DNA from: Tubiluchus corallicola
Lineage: Eukaryota > Animalia > Priapulida
NCBI GenBank assembly: GCA_030141605.1
Contig: JAQGDQ010002209.1
Location: forward strand, 1-8,726
Direction: 5' to 3'
Length of the DNA stretch: 8,726 bases
The first letter of the stretch is position 1. Each line of letters starts with the position of its first letter. The translations under genes and the position numbers were made by a program. Shown here one piece after another: positions 7,771 to 8,726 of the stretch. The notes beneath the pieces were generated by a model, which was not told where the DNA came from, searched no databases, and was given only the letters and a program-made list of their open reading frames with translations.

Positions 7771-8075
7771 TCACAAAACTTTACAACTATATACATAATA
7801 ATATTAATAAGGTTACTAGAGAACATGGTGGTAATTCAATTCAATTCAATTCAATAGTTTTTTATTTGTCTGAATTGCATCACAAAGCATTACAACTATA
7901 TACATGATAATATTAATAAGGTTACTAGAGAACATGGTGCTAATTCAATTCAATAGTTTTTTATTTGTCTTATTTGCATCACAAAGCTTTACAACTATAT
8001 ACGTAAAACAGTTACGGTTTGCAAATTGTACAAATCAGCCCCGAGGAGAGTAGGAACGTGAGCTTTCGAGACTCA

Positions 8076-8091
8076 CCACGAGATGGCGCCA
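8076..8091 (+). promoter_or_regulatory. CTCF-like core motif CCACGAGATGGCGCCA (copy B)
   Basis: Paralogue of 4087..4102 with two substitutions in the 16-mer; the AGATGGCGC core is intact. Confidence 0.4.
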
Positions 8092-8438
8092 GCACATGCA
8101 TGGTGCAGACTGAAAAATACATACAAAATAGCTCAAAGTTAAAATAATATTCAGTTATAAAAACAATTAATGATAATAATACAGACAAATGAGATTAGAG
8201 GTATTTAAAAACGCCAATTAGCAGGTATCAAATCAAATATTTGCTTTTTAAAACGCTGTAATTGAATGAGCCTATCGTTATTAATTCATAAAAACATTTT
8301 TTACATCTGATATAAAATTATAAGTTGATATAAGGCAGTGTACTTTAGTAAATAAATAGAAATTAAAACTACAAAATTCGTAAAAAAAGTAAATTGCAGT
8401 TTTTAAAACGTCAAGCGGCATTTTCACTTTCGCGACCA

Positions 8439-8726
8439 CAAGTACTTACTGCGCGATTTGCAAACACAGTTAACACACCACAAGTACTTACTGCACGATT
8501 TGCAAACACAGTTAACACACCACAGGTACTTACTGCACGATTTGCAAACACAGTTAACACACCACAGGTACTTACTGCTCGATTTGCAAACGCAGTTAAC
8601 ACACCACAGGTACTTACTGCTCGATTTGCAAACGCAGTTAACACACCACAGGTACTTACTGCGCGATTTGCAAACGCAGTTAACACACCACAGGTACTTA
8701 CTGCACGATTTGCAAACGCCGTTAAC
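8439..8726. repeat. Second array of the same 42-bp unit, at least 6.9 units, running off the window end
   Basis: Units start at 8439, 8481, 8523, 8565, 8607, 8649 and 8691. Confidence 0.99.

Overview
AT-rich eukaryotic genomic DNA, most likely from an invertebrate animal; nothing here looks prokaryotic. There is one credible gene: an uninterrupted 435-aa ORF (699..2006, minus strand) with BTB and BACK domains of BTBD1/2/3/6 type, whose C-terminus looks like a MATH/TRAF domain rather than the usual PHR domain. The rest is repeat-rich. It holds a 40-45-bp minisatellite (1..448), a 125-bp 5'-truncated RTE-type LINE with a 12-bp target-site duplication abutting a lone Tc1/mariner-like terminus, and several (ATT)n tracts. 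It also holds two direct copies, about 3.99 kb apart, of a composite module: a ~100-109-bp subrepeat with a LINE-like AATAAA/(TTGAA)n end, a CTCF-like motif, an AT-rich spacer and a 42-bp palindromic tandem array (34 units in copy A, at least 6.9 in copy B). All other ORFs in the track are repeat artefacts or unsupported. There is no CRISPR array. All calls come from reading the sequence by eye, without database searches, so novelty is unverified.
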